From Schizochytrium sp. TIO01 (taxonomy: Eukaryota > Protista > Bigyra: Labyrinthulomycetes), in assembly GCA_004764695.1 (NCBI GenBank), contig SMSO01000033.1, positions 62,001 through 126,000 on the forward strand: 64,000 nucleotides of DNA, read 5' to 3'. Below, in pieces: positions 30,406-44,354 of this stretch. Every line of letters begins with the position of its first letter. Positions within the stretch are counted from its first letter, which is position 1. Both the position numbers and the translations under genes were made by a program. A model generated the notes under the pieces. The model was not told the DNA's origin and did no database searches. It saw only the letters and a list, made by a program, of their open reading frames with translations.

Positions 30406-33054
30406 TTATGGGTACATGACAGGATGGAAGGCTGCGCGCTTTTCGCGTGGAGATGGCCCACGTCGCGATGAACCATGGCCCTGAAGTCGGTTAGGACCTT
30501 CTGGGCGACGTGGTTTCATGGCAGCTACCCTTTTCTTATTTGTATTACCACTAGAAAAGACATGCCCAGCTCGCATTGACCTAGGCAGAGGTGACAGTTT
30601 AAAGGTCCAGTTGCGAGGTTCTCGCTCAGAAATTGCGTCAATTTTGCTTTCTGGTACTTTGGTTTCTTCCTCTTCCTCTTCCTCCTCCTCCTCATCATCA
30701 TCTTCATAAACATCACCATCACTATCTTTGACTTTGCGGGTAGCTGCGATATCATTCTTATCGCTCTCCAAAATGCTATCAAAATCGTTTGTTTCGTCCG
30801 TTTCGCTCTCCAAAACGCTGGAAACCATTTCTAGAACATCACCCAGCTCATTTTCCACCTTGCTCTCCACACATTCTTCTTGCCTTGGTGGTGTACAAGG
30901 TTGCTTTTCTTCTGAATTACAGAGGACACCAAGCATCCTTGGTGTTGTTAATGTCGTGTTGGTCTCAAAGGAGCCTAGCGGTGTAAACACTTTGGCTTCA
31001 TTAGGACTCCCCGAGGTTGCAAAGGATGCAGTAGAAAGGGGACTCACAACGAGACTACCAGCACCCCAAGGGCTGGCTACACTCACCTCAACTTTGGGCG
31101 GAAAGGTTTTCCCTCGCTTGGTAGATATTTCCCCACTAACACTGCTGCCAAAGTCCCATTTCGTTTCATCGTGCTCTTCAATTTGAGTTGTCGCATTCTC
31201 ATGTTCGAATTCCTCACTGGTGATGAAACCATCGTCCTCTATGTCTGAGTCCTGCTGGTCCGAAGATCTGTTACTTTCTGCGGTTCTATCTGCAGCCTTA
31301 ATATTTACATTCTTGGAAAGGCTTTTGCCTGATAGCTGGTTTCGTTGGTTGACATAAACATCTTCTTCCTTTTCTCCTTCCTCTTCGTTATCATTGAAAA
31401 CGTTCTCTGGCTGATAATTGCTATCTTCAGTGTATTGCTGGTGAGGGTGGCTGGAGTCCTCATCGTCGTTTTCATTGTCGTCAGTGCCAGCGACGTACTC
31501 TTCATTATACAAGCATTCCATATCTGATGGCTGGTCAACAACAACAAGGGGGTTCTTGTTGTTGTCGTACGGTTCTCCTCCTTTTGTCTCCTCGATTTCG
31601 TCATCTATTGTATAAGAGGATGTTGTCGTCGTTGTTGTTGGTTGCGGGTAGACAGATTCTTCAGCTTTGTTATAAAGCATAGCATTAGGTTCTACTTGTC
31701 TCCATTGTACTTCAAAGCGGGAAAGTGCTGGTGGATCTACCTTCATGTGCAAAAATGATTTGCATAATTCTTTTGCACGATCACTCGCAAGTATACGCCG
31801 TACTTGGTTACATTGAGCCTCTGTTTGTGGAGATTTGACTATTAGTTTGGTGCGGCGAATGTCATGGTACAGCTGCGTTCGTGTAAGAGCCTCCTCAGCA
31901 TCGATTCCATAGTATAAGCTCAGAAGAATTGCGACGACTGTGCCTGTGCGGCCATGCCCACCCCAGCAATGTACATAAATTACCTCACGACCTTCGCTTG
32001 CGATTAATTGGGTGAGGTGGGCGGCTAGATCTAGTACATCGTCATCTGAAGTACAATCAAGATCTACAATTGGAAGATGAAGAAGGCGCAAATCATCATG
32101 ACCTGCAAGATCTGCGGCGTCTTCCATGTACGGAAACATAAGCTGTGAGCGATCGCGGGGTTCGGTGACATGAGAAGCCAGACGCACAACTCTAGATGTC
32201 TTGTTATTTCGTAGCACGCTGCTTGTTCCTCGGGCGACCTTGCAATGTTCATCCTGCAGACATACAAAAATATTGACATTGGCGACATCCAAGAGCCGAC
32301 TCAAATCACGTTTGTATACTGTTGTTTTTCGCGACTTATTTTTAGTTTCCCAGGCTAGCGGGTAGGCCCCAACCAAAAGCCTCCCAGGAATCACCCAGTT
32401 TGATTCTTTGGTTGGTCCATACCAGGGCTCCTTGTTTTGTAAAACATTTGTAATTGTCATCAGCTTCCGCTTCCTGAGAACGCGTTGTTCGATAATTTGA
32501 GTGCGTCGTGCCATGACTTCTTGACGGGCAGTGCTTACGTCCTGCTCAACAACTTTGGCTAGATCATTCTGTTTGTTTCCCAATGAGGGGTCCTGGACGG
32601 TCTTCTGGGGCAAAGCGATTGTCACTAATGGTGGCAGGTCAGGGGTTTCTTCTTCGGCATCAGGATGTTTGGTCTCCTCCTCTTGCTTCTTAGGTACATG
32701 CTGAGAAGGAGCATTGATGGTTTTTGGTTCCTTCTCAGTTGGTTGAGATATCTGTTTGGTCAAATTGTCTTGAATCTTTGATGTGTTTTTCTGGGTGAGC
32801 GTTGCGCTTATTGCAGAATGATGTTGATGTTTAGGTTCTTGACGTTTTTGTAGAGTCTGTGTATCAGTGGCATCTCCTCCTTTGTTTGTTGCCCGTGCAT
32901 TGACACCATGAAATGACGTTTTAGAGTATGTAAGAGATTGGACGACGACATCAATTGCTTGGCGAATCTGGCGCGTGACCCAATCTGTGGCTGCCCGCTG
33001 TGCATACCCTGCACGACCGCGATGATTATTGCTACCATTGATGTTGTCAAGCAT
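30406..33054 (-). CDS. Cys-based protein tyrosine/dual-specificity phosphatase with long disordered acidic flanks
   Basis: SNWVIPGRLLVGAYP, LPIVD general-acid loop, and the IYVHCWGGHGRTG (CX5R) active site, then SPQTEAQ. Confidence 0.9.
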   Translation of the reverse strand: MLDNINGSNNHRGRAGYAQRAATDWVTRQIRQAIDVVVQSLTYSKTSFHGVNARATNKGGDATDTQTLQKRQEPKHQHHSAISATLTQKNTSKIQDNLTKQISQPTEKEPKTINAPSQHVPKKQEEETKHPDAEEETPDLPPLVTIALPQKTVQDPSLGNKQNDLAKVVEQDVSTARQEVMARRTQIIEQRVLRKRKLMTITNVLQNKEPWYGPTKESNWVIPGRLLVGAYPLAWETKNKSRKTTVYKRDLSRLLDVANVNIFVCLQDEHCKVARGTSSVLRNNKTSRVVRLASHVTEPRDRSQLMFPYMEDAADLAGHDDLRLLHLPIVDLDCTSDDDVLDLAAHLTQLIASEGREVIYVHCWGGHGRTGTVVAILLSLYYGIDAEEALTRTQLYHDIRRTKLIVKSPQTEAQCNQVRRILASDRAKELCKSFLHMKVDPPALSRFEVQWRQVEPNAMLYNKAEESVYPQPTTTTTTSSYTIDDEIEETKGGEPYDNNKNPLVVVDQPSDMECLYNEEYVAGTDDNENDDEDSSHPHQQYTEDSNYQPENVFNDNEEEGEKEEDVYVNQRNQLSGKSLSKNVNIKAADRTAESNRSSDQQDSDIEDDGFITSEEFEHENATTQIEEHDETKWDFGSSVSGEISTKRGKTFPPKVEVSVASPWGAGSLVVSPLSTASFATSGSPNEAKVFTPLGSFETNTTLTTPRMLGVLCNSEEKQPCTPPRQEECVESKVENELGDVLEMVSSVLESETDETNDFDSILESDKNDIAATRKVKDSDGDVYEDDDEEEEEEEEEETKVPESKIDAISEREPRNWTFKLSPLPRSMRAGHVFSSGNTNKKRVAAMKPRRPEGPNRLQGHGSSRRGPSPREKRAAFHPVMYP

Positions 33055-36000
33055 TCTTCTTGTTTGACACGCAAAGTGCGGTAGCTGGATAGCTTGGTAG
33101 CCTTATGTTGAATGAGGACGCAGGTATAAGGTATGCTCGACAGCAGCGTGGGCGAAGAGAACCGCCGTACACAAGTGTCGAGCCCTCCGCACTTGGCCAC
33201 CCCACCTCCCTCCACGACTTGGAGCTCTTTCCAAGGAGCAATCCTCGTTTGCCGCTTCCGCTTTCGCAGTAAGTTCAATGATCAGTTTATCTCGTGTTGC
33301 ATCAATCGAGGTCGAAACTTTGCATGAGTGATTGTGTGCACTTTTTAACGTTGGCTGGATCGGTAGGTACTCGTTTCAACGGGTATACCATCCTACCAAT
33401 GCACGTGCCAAGGCACGATAAACCAACCTAGGCAACTAACTCCAAAGAGCAATAGAAGCAATTAAGTGCACACCATCATGTATTTCTATGTGGACACAGT
33501 TACTGCTTCGTGGAGTAGTTTTTTGCTCTGATGAAGGAAAGCAAAGAATCGACATTTTTATGTCACGATACAGGAAGAAGCAAAAATCTATGTGTGACGA
33601 AAATGTAGGAGTGCACGGAAAGGACGCTTCGAAGGATATCATCGCGATCCAAAGTTCGTACTCCCTGAGTACTTTGAAAGTTCAATTACCTGCGAGTGCA
33701 TTTGCAATACTTTGCTAGAGAGCCTATTTCCGTTCAGAATGTGTGACAGTTATAGCCGTTATAGATGTGTGTACCTTAAACTCTTTAGAGGGAACACGGG
33801 GAGTACACGAGATCTTATTGTTAAGGAAGCTGCGTTTGTGTTTTTTCATACCCAACGTGTACTCTGACGTCTCTACATGGAAGGAGGTGAGTTTTATACG
33901 CTTTACAAGTCAGGGTTGCGTGCATAGTTCAAGTGCTGCATATGTTATTGCTCTATTCATAGATTGGTAAAATGTTCATTATTCTCAAGTGGTTACGTTA
34001 TGAATGACCACCAAAGTTTCAACTTGCAGGCAACGCTTTTGAACGGGTAATCTAAGTTAAGTATTACAGTGCTATCGTGTGGAAAAAGTGGTTTCATTAT
34101 ATGAACAAGGGTGCACTATAAGCTAAAACCGTGAAAATTGTGATGTTGCCCAGAAGTCGTCAACTTCAGCATCAGTCAGCAAAGGAAGATAAGAGCTTTT
34201 GTATTTCTCGAGGTCAATACTGTATGATTTAAATAATATTATTCTACAACAAACTATTCACCATCGGTTCAAAGGCAGATCTGATCCACCCTCACAATCA
34301 CCTTTTCTTCTTACGAAGAGGAGGATTCTCCTTGAGTTACCATGATAACTGTCACAAGGCTTATGAACAGAAGCGTACCGAATCCTAGACCTATATGACC
34401 AACCTGTGACGCCTTACTTGAGCTACCGCCACTTGCCAAGGTTCTCGCGTCAGATGGACCCGTAGAAAGCACATAAGCACGAGACGCCACAATGGTATCT
34501 GAAGAACTCATGAGACTAGCAAGCTCTGTCTATCAGTAACTGTAGCAGTAGAGGCCAGGGAGTGCAGAACTGGGACTGAGTTCTGTAGGCAAACAAACTC
34601 TTCGTCCGTGTGTAGCAAGCCCTACACTTGCCAAAATTCGAGTAAAAGGCTTTGGTCCTGTTGTTCGATCCTGTCACTGCCATATTAGCTTCTGCAAGCA
34701 TGGACGGTGTCAAACTATAATCGTTTGTAATTGTAGCACCATTGTAATACCAAGCCAAGACATCGTATTGTCTGCATGACTAGGTCTGTCCACTGTCTTC
34801 GTGCGTGGGTTCGTGGGGTTGTCCAGAAATAGCATTTTCGTACGCGTTTTAATTTAAGACGTAGTACTTTTTAAAAGTACTACTACATCTAACTTCCTTA
34901 CCACTTCATCAAGGTCCACTCATGACGATGATTTGCTTCATCAAAAGAATTACAGTAAACTGAAAGGCAAAGAGCCTATTTAGGCGAGGTCTACAGATAA
35001 TTGGAAATTTCCTAGAAGTTCAAATGCTCAGATCCTCATTAATTTAAACCTCTTGATGTCAGCTCAAGATATTTCCCGGACTTTGAAATAAATAAGAACA
35101 AAAGACAGGCACGTAGAAGTTTGGTGCACGCTTCATGGGTGCTTTTTCGAGCAATTGAGCGAGAGATAAATCATGACTTACAAGATCAAAAAAGAGGGAA
35201 GATTCATTGTAGGTATGGTGAAATGACGTAAGAGTTATTATTCTACCACCTTGCACGATTGAAAACAAGGTTGTTTCTCCTTCGTACTTTGTTCTATATG
35301 CCGTGTGCACGCTCGTGCCGTCGAAGTATCTTCAAATGGGACAGCACCTCTTTACTTGAATCAATTTCCAACTAAAGATAAATAAATGAATGCAAAGAGC
35401 TAAGAAGCTTACAGTCGACTTAAAAAGTATCGCGCTGTCGTGTGCAGGCTCGTGCTCTCTTTGGCGCTCTCTCGCCATGAAGATTTTCCTCACGAATCCC
35501 ATAAGAGGCCTAGTGGTACCTAGCCGAGAGGATAAAACGCCACGTTAAAAAAAAGCTTTCCTGTGAAACCCACTGAAGTCGTAATTGTGGCTGGTTCTTT
35601 TCCATAGCTAGAGCTCAACTTCCTCAGTTCATGTTTCCCGGACCGTATCATCTTGCCGTCTAGAAGGAAGGTACGCACGCTTCTTCGTTTACAACTCGAG
35701 CTGCTGGCTCAGGCTTTCGCGGAGTTGGCTTAGTTTTCTTAAAATCTGCAAGTCTAGTGCTGCGTTCGAACGACTGGAACAAGCAAGCCCTCCTCCTGTT
35801 CTACCCACGGACAGCTGGAACAGCACAGAGTCCATAGTGCCTACCTCGCAGTGTACAATTAGTTATTAGTTCTTGGCCAGAAGAAGAAGGTACCTCCAAA
35901 TCTAAGTAGTGCCACGGCGACCTCACAGAAAAATAAATTAAATAAGCAAATAAGCAAGCAAACAAATGCCAATCAGTCAACTCCATCAATTAAAACCGAT

Positions 36001-38254
36001 CAATTCTAATCAATCAGTCAATCAATCAATCAATCCAATGAGAGAATAAACAGTCGAAGGCACGCAAGCGAAAAGAAAGCAAGCGCTGGACTAATTGACT
36101 TCGTAAGCAAGCAATGATGCGGTTGCGGGAAGAAATGCGCGAGAGGGAGTCTCCGTGGCCTCAAGAATCTCGGGTCTCTAGGTAATATATGAATGAGATG
36201 CTCACTTGCCTCTGCTTTCTTCGTGGCGCTGAGGTACATGTTGGCGCTGTCTGGGTTCGACTTGCGTGAACGATCAATTGCATCATAAAGGTTTCAAGAG
36301 TCCTGCTTGTTTTCTCAAGATGCAAAGTTGTTGACGAGGTGCCTCATTTCGGGACACGAGGGCGACTTCGAGTGTATAACTCACTCTCTCAAGTTCTCTC
36401 TTTGAAAGAAATTCTTGTAAGCTAAAGCTGTCTTCTCTGCTACTGCTGTCTCATTTCCCGGTCTTTACGAAGAACAGAAGAGAAATCGAAGAAGGGGACG
36501 CTTCTTCTTCTCCTTGCTGCTGCTGCTGCCGCCGCCGGTGCCTTCGAAGCCGTTGCGGATGCTCAAACACTCGCTGGAGCTATCTATTTGTTATCTGCTG
36601 CTTTGCTGGTTGGTCTTCTGAAGCACTTTCCTTCACCAGGGAAGAGAAAGCGAAATGAGGCGAAGAGACGCAAATCCGCGGAGGATACTTTTACGAAGAA
36701 CCCGAAGAGGCACTCGATATCTACTAAGGCATGGCTGGCTGATGAGCTATCTAGCATGCATCAATTGAAAAAAGGAGATTACAAAAGGAGAATAGCCAGT
36801 GATCCAAACAAATGAAAAGCGTTTTGGTTTGGTTTTGGCTTATCGTTTTCTACAAATCAGCAGTACGTACCTACTCCTGCTTGTATGCACAATGTAAAGC
36901 CCGGCCCTCTTTGAGGTCGCTTAGAGTGATTTCTTTAAAAACGGCCCGAGTGTTCAAGTTGTTTTTGCCCCATGAAACAAAACAAACCTACAAATATCTT
37001 CAAGTTAGTTCCGGGTCACAGGAGAACATGTTGAAACATGAAACAACTATGCTGATGCTTTTTGGAGATCAAGAGGGCACTTCGTCTGCTTTTTGGTTTT
37101 CTTTCATTATTTCTGTCTCCATGTTCTATCTACTGCCATCAACCGCACTTGCCTTTACTAGGACCTCGTCTACCACCTACCTTACGAAAGGCAACTCCAA
37201 GTTCAACTTCTCATGGAGAAGAACACTATTGAATGTAAGCTTAAAGGTTCAGCATTCCATTGCGGGCTCCGCGAACTTTGAAAAGTTGGAAACAACACCT
37301 CTGCAGACTGCCAGAAAGATACCGCTACTACCTATTTCTAAGCAGAAGGCGCTACCTCCCTTCCTCTTTCTACTGTCTCAACCTCAAGCTTTCTCTGCTT
37401 TTGTCTCGCAGAAACGCGCTATTCATCAACAGCATATACCGGATTACCAGGAACTATTTGTACAACACCAATCTCTTTCGACAGCTTGCTTCTTTTCGTA
37501 TCGCATAATTCGCGATTTTTAAATTTAAAAAAGCAAAAAGAAAGAAAGAGGTTTCTATTTAAAAAGTAAATAACGAAAAAAACAAAATGATCTATGAACA
37601 TAAATATAATAAAAGGAACCTTGGCCCTTTTACTGCATCGCTCATTCTGTGAATAGCTTGGAGGCTCTTCGTCTGTCCCTCGGGAGAGCATATCCAGGTG
37701 TATTTGCATTTCACTCACTGCCTCGACACTGCTTGCTATACAGAGTAAGCTGTCTATCAGATTTGCTCTTTAAATGTAAATTGCAATTACCAAATGAGGC
37801 TTTGTTTCCCGGTTAGTCGACCAACATCGATGATATGAATGCATATTGACCACCACATGAAACATCGATATCATCCCTCAGGACTGAACTGCAATACATG
37901 ATTCCTACGCCATAATTCTATTATAAAAAGTACATAAACCAAGAGCAGCTTAAGGCTCACTCCTCGAGAGTTAGTTTTACAGAGAAAGGTGTTCTGTCGA
38001 AGCATTGTTTACTTGGACGGCCAGACTGGTCTTTCTTAATATCGGTCCCTGCCCCTTTCTTCAAGGTCGATTAAGCCTGTTCCTAATCAATGCGTTGAAT
38101 CTATCCATCGCAGCATACCTAGGAAGGCGCCTCGCCTCAGCCGGCTCTGAGTGATTGTTTTGGCTTGAGTTTTTGCCCAACTTGCAAGAAGATTTTTTTA
38201 GCTTGTTGCCTCTGACTCTCCAGCCGGACCATGATGGTTTTATTCTGCACCTTG

Positions 38255-38361
38255 TATAAAGATTACTATTTATAAAGACTACCTTCTATAAAGATTACTA
38301 TTTATAAAGACTACCTTTTATAAAGATTACCTTTTATAAAGATTACCTTTTACAAAGATTA
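38255..38361. repeat. 16-bp minisatellite TATAAAGA(T/C)TAC(CTT/TAT)(T/C), ~6.7 copies
   Basis: Units read directly from the sequence. Confidence 0.9.
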
Positions 38362-39891
38362 GAAGCGTGACAGCTTAAAGGACCCAACTAGCACGGTATC
38401 TGACTTTTTCTCGCTTGCTGACAAGAGTGATGGCATATGTCGCCAACACGAGGCCTCAACGCGAGGCCAGTGCCGGTTGTTCGTTCATTCATTCTCTCAC
38501 TCGCTCATTGCATCAATCGTTCAATCAATCATCATTCCGAGGGACCACGCCAGTTAGTTATCAATCAACATCCATCATCGTCATTGTTATCGTCATTATC
38601 GTCATTATCGTCGTAGTCAGGCCGCCACACTAGGGCTTACAAATGCGCGCGGAGTGCTACGGAGATACCTATCTGGAGCCTAGTGAATGGATGCCGGAGT
38701 CAGCGCCAATGCCGAGGGCCGCTAGCTAGCTAGCTAGCTAGTTCGCTCACTCGCTCGCTCGCTCGTCCGTCCTCTTGACAATGGTTCTTCCCCGTCACTC
38801 GCTGGGATGGTCAGCAGCAGGATTTCTGGGGAGTCTTACTGTCTGCGTGGCCCAATTTGTCAGAGTTCCCTGCTGGGCTGGAGACCTGCATTTGGAGACA
38901 GACATGAAATCCGCGAATGAAGAACTCAGGTTCATACCTAGTGGCTACTTATTAGAGTTATGCGCACACAATCATTTGCTGCGTTCTCATCAGCGCTGAT
39001 TGTGTAGCGAGAAGACGGCTCTGCGCATGGCATGGCTTCCCGGTTTTGCCCGCCGGGATTTATCTTGATCGAGCGAGTTTAGTTTCATTTGCAAGTGGAT
39101 GAATTTGCAGATGAATTGCAATCGAAATGCCACCTTTTCCGCGGTTAGGATCGTTATAAAAGCAAAGCAACGAACGGTCCTCAGTACGGAGAAGCGAGGC
39201 GTCCAGTTCTGTTGGTGATAGATGCAATAAGATCCTATTATTTCATTCCTGAATTGCAACAAAAATTTATACTATAACATAAAACCGATGTATGTGAGCC
39301 GATTATCCGTAATCTATGTCAATCTACTGCGAGTTTGCTCTGATCATGTCTTGTTCAAGGAACAGAATTCTTAGGACATTATTCAATTTTCTTGCGGTTC
39401 TTGAACATCGTTGACTCCAGTTGAATATCCAAGTATGCTGCAGGCTGAGAAGCTTGTAGTTTTAGGAGTGTGCCAATTCACGAAGAACCAAATGACCCGA
39501 ACTGCGAACTGCAAAACAGGCGCTCGCTTTCGCAGTTCAACTATTCGTTTCATTCTTTCCTCGCAGGTGTTACAATTCGACGAGCAGTCGGTACAAGTGA
39601 CGAAGCTCTGTGGCTGGCAGCAGCACATATACATGGAAAGAAATAGTACGCAGCTACGTTCAAACTCGTAGTTTTTGCCCTCAATAACTGCTTCTCGGCG
39701 AAAGTCGATACCATAGATTATAGTAGAAGCGAGGCGCCAGGAAACATAAACAAGGCGCACCATGATCAAAGGAGCAACACTTGGTGTTCAGCTGCTGCAT
39801 TTTCACTCATTCCATGAAGTAAGTAAGGTTACTTGCACATTCAATTTGTTCAATTTTGATGCCAGAATTTTTAAAATTATTTTTTAATTAA

Positions 39892-39900
39892 AAGAAGAAG

Positions 39901-39930
<30 letters not shown>
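39892..39930. repeat. (AAG)n microsatellite
   Basis: About 13 units. Confidence 0.9.
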
Positions 39931-39931
<1 letters not shown>

Positions 39932-42900
39932 TAGTTTTAATTATTCGACTTTTAATTTTAACATTTAAACAAAAAATATTGTTATTATTAAATATTAATA
40001 AATGGAAATAGTAGTAATAGTAATGAAAATAATACCTTGATCGGCATGAATATTTATTTATTTACTTACTTATTATAATAGTTCTCTTAAGCCGCGACCT
40101 TCATGCTCGACAACAAATGAAATGCTCCATTCAACTGCTCAACTTCCCCTTCACAGCGAAGACTACCTACCTCCCTCGTTTACTCATCATCCAGTCAGAA
40201 CTACCTCGTGAAAAAAGAAAAACTAGGGAGGCGGTGGGTCAGAACTTCCTGTGCGTGGATGTGATTGACGGTGGATACTGCCACTAGCTGCCAAATCTGG
40301 CTCGTAGGAGCCGCTACTGAGCTGCTAGGAGGAAAGCAGGCCAAGCCGGAGCTCTTAGTCCCTACCTACATGGGTACCTATGCTTACTGATGAAGCGTAC
40401 TTGTGAAAGAAAGAAGCTGAGGAAACCCGTACGTATATCGTACGTATTAAAAATATTATTTCCAATATCGTGGAAGAATTCATCCCGAAATAAACTCGAA
40501 GCGGAAGACACTCCCGCGGACATTCGCAATAACAACTACTCCACAGGCTCCTCCTCATGCCTCATCGCAAGCAAGCCTCTTTCCTCGAGCCCATCGGCCA
40601 AAGGCAGGCAGCAGCAAAGCATTTCATGGCGGCTTCGTCGAGCTCTTCTCTGGCAAGCTTAGCTCGCTGAGAGTCGGTAGGCCTCTGCTACTACCACTTA
40701 CACCAGCTCAGCAGTAACTATAACTAGTGGGTGAGAAGCTAGTTCTCGTAAAGTTGAACAAAAACAACGAAGATGCTCTTGCTTCATCAATTATGAAAAG
40801 CAAGCCTACGGTATACTACCACGGTGGTCAGAAATTAGAATGAAAAAGAGGAAAAAGCCATATTTTAATTGAGGTCCTAAGTCAAATGCCAATTGATGAC
40901 TGACTGACTGAGCGACTGACTTGGGGTCATTCCGCCACGCACGGCGATGCACAATCCTCGCGATTCATGGTCACAGGGTCCCATGGATGATGGATGGATG
41001 GATGACTGGGTTTTCGTGAACGCATGCGAGAGAGGTGGTTCAGGCAAGCCAGCCGTAGTCGAGCCGAGACACACGGCTCAGAAGAGAACGAGGAGGGCTT
41101 TTCTCTTCCGGGCCACGAACTCCTGTCCTGTTTCTATTCGATTTCCTCCGCTGTGACCGGAAACGAGACCTTTTCCCCCATGCATCTCATACTATGCATG
41201 CATGCCTGAAATTAATATATAGAGAGATAATAGAATACTAGCAAAATCAAATCAAATCAAATCAAAATAATCGAAAAAGTCTGTGCGTCTGTCTGTGTGA
41301 AGGTCAGCGCTGTTGCTCATTCAAGATGCATGAAATGTTGTGCATGGCAGAGGCAGCGGCGCTTACCCACTATAAGGGAGCAGCGGATAAGCCTTCTTGC
41401 GCCGCGTTTTATTTCGTGGGGGGTGAAGATTGGCCGATTTCGATTCTTGTTTGCATCGCGTTGATTCTATTTGTTTAGAAGGTTGAGTTTTCTTTTCTCT
41501 TTCATTTTATTTATTTTTATTTGTATATATATATTTTTCCCTTCCTGCCTCGCCTAATGGTAAACACTAGATACCGCTAATCCTGGGTGGCTTTGGTGGC
41601 TCAGCGCATCTTGCGCCGAACTACCTCTCGGAACCCCGTTCTCGGCTACGCGTCATCGCTCACCGTTCTTTTCGCGCTTTTCCCCTTTCTCATTTTCTTC
41701 CTTTTATTTTCTGTACCTCGGCACCTCCTCCTTTTCGACGTTTTTAGATTGAGGCAGCTGCTTCTTCTCTGCGTGCGTGTATTTTTATCTAGATAGGTCG
41801 GACCCTACTGCATTGGACAGATCATCAAAGTAGAGGTAAAGGCAATGGTCGTTTGGCTGGGTGGTTTAAGTTCGACGTTATTCATGTTTTATGTTTATTT
41901 TACCTACTCACTCGTTTCTTTTAAAAACTTAATTGAAAAGAAATTAAAAATACCACTCATTAAAATGGATAAAGTGCTTTATTCATTTTAACAAAAATTT
42001 AAAATATTTAGAAAAGAAAAGAAAAGAAGCTGGATATAAAAAAATCACATGCGATTTATCTCATCTGCAAGTACAAACTGATGAAATGTTTTGTTTTGTT
42101 TGATTTTGTTTTAAATATAGTAAAGTGTAATCATTTAGCGCGCATTTAGTGTTTCTTTCTCAGACAGAGCTTTTATAACTCTCTGACTTTAACTCAAAAG
42201 GGTCGCATAATCTGCTGCCATTCGTCCTCTTCATCACGTTTGTTTCGCTACTATGCGTAGCCAGAGCTCCTAATTAGCTGTTTGAACTCTGTTTCTACAT
42301 CTTTTTTTTTTTTCTTCTTCACGAATGCCAATTTGCGGGAGCGACTCATCGGATCTAGAGGCGCGTCGATGGTGAAGGTAGTCACTCTTCAAAAGGTGTG
42401 TACGCTTGGGCTAATTAGCTTGAAAACCTCGTATCTCGATTTCTAACAGAGGTCCTGAGCAAGTTCTTCAAACTCGATCACTTGGTAAACTTTCTGTAAC
42501 TCCAAATTAGCGCGAGCGCATTTACACATAAAATTGCCATTCTCTTGATTTCTTTCTGATATTTTCAACAGACGCGCATCTTCCTCAGTTTCAACAGAGG
42601 TGACGACTGGCTGTAAAAAGAGCGCCCTTGAATTCGTTCTTCAGGGCTGTCAAGGACCAGTTTCTCTCGCATGAACGAGCCTCACTCGATTTCATGATGC
42701 TTTCTTTCTTTGTCTATCCGCCTGTCTGCCTGTCATTAGCAATGGTCGCATTTATTTTTCAGAATGCGCAGCGTCTACATCGCCTCCTCTGAGTTTAAGT
42801 CTTCACGATATCATCTATGATTCATATTGGATCAAGCCATCTCCCTCATGATAGTATGTATTCTGCTTACGCGTTAACGGAAGCTGCGCCAATCGGCACT

Positions 42901-44354
42901 GACTAAGCAAGCCATTAATAAGTTGCCTTGGTGGCTAGTAGGTATTAGGTACCTACTACTGCTGGAAAGCCATACCTAGAAAGCCAACTGAGAACTTGGA
43001 GGAGGAGTGATTGGTCTTCGTTCATCTCTGTCCCTCTTTGGATAGGCAACAAGAAGCACACATTCGAAGTCAAGAAAAGGCACTTGGATGATTTGAGACG
43101 AAAGGCGTTGATTAAGTTCGCCTGAAGGCTCCGCACTCACTCATTGCGGAGGATATTCGTTCGATCATTCGATCGTTTGTGAAAGCCATTGAGGTGCTTA
43201 CTCTCTCTCTCTCTATATATATATATATCTTTCTTTTGAAGCTGGGTCTGATGCCACTCTTTTCAAATTTGAAATTCTCTAGAGAGCATCTGAGAAAAAG
43301 CTTTCAAAGACTTCATGTACCTACAATCACAATTCCAACATCGGGATATAATTAGCGCCTATGACGCACGCAGGCATCACTCATACAAGTCTCTAGCTAG
43401 AGGTACGCGAAAATGTTTCTTTCATTTCGTTCCCAGTCATCCAAGTTTTTATTCTTACTTTCCTTTTTTTATTTCAAATAAGTAAAAGTTTGAAGAAAAC
43501 AGAAGAAAAAAACTTCCCATCATGCCTGACAGTGTAATTGAACAAAAAGATGAAAATAAACTCAGGAAGGCCTCTCTCTACATGTCATTTGAAAATAAAT
43601 AAATGGTAAATAAATTAGGGATGAGTGAATGAACAAAGGAAGGCGAATTCATTTATCTAGCGAGAAAGCAGCGACGTATATGCCCGAGCTCGCGTCTTTC
43701 CTGTCTGCATGTAAAAAAGTGCGCTATCAATGGCAGTGAGCAAAGAACAGGGTCCAGCACCATCATTATCATGTATGCGAGAGGCGCTTTGGAAAATCGA
43801 TCAATCAGTTGGGAGGAATGACTTGTTCATTTCACTTTGACGAAAGAATGAAAGAATGAAAGGAGGTTCCACTGCTTCTTCTCTCTTAACTTGAGCAGAA
43901 AACCATCGAAGCTCTTCTTCGCTTTGCATTCAGCCGTTCTTCTTTCGCCACCAACACTTCTCTCAACGACGCCAGAGAGAAGATGCTGTTCTGCAAAGCA
44001 GGGAAAACAACATCATCAGCAACAACAACTGACTGCAAACAATGAATATGACCTCCACCGAATCTCCTCCATCTCCCTGAACAGCAGAACGAAAGGAGCG
44101 CTTTCGACACAGGGCTAAATGACTCGCTGCAAGAGGCCAGAAGAGCGAACCTCAGCAGCAGCTTCTCCGCAGTCGAGGCCACTGCACTGGCCACATGGAT
44201 ACCTATCTCTCCCAAACAAATTCCCACGCTGCTCAACATGACCTCCTCATCATCGTTGCGAACGACGCTTTTATTTGAGAAGCGGACTTTGTTGTTGTCT
44301 ATTCATTCATTTATTTATCCACCTGTTTGGTGTTCTTGCCGCCAATTGGCTCAC

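Noticed and set aside
36812-37522. 236-aa ORF
   Set aside because: No recognisable motif, composition resembles the surrounding non-coding DNA, and it lacks the GC3 bias of the real genes.
38255-38361. CRISPR array
   Set aside because: The repeats abut with no unique spacers, the context is eukaryotic, and there are no cas genes.
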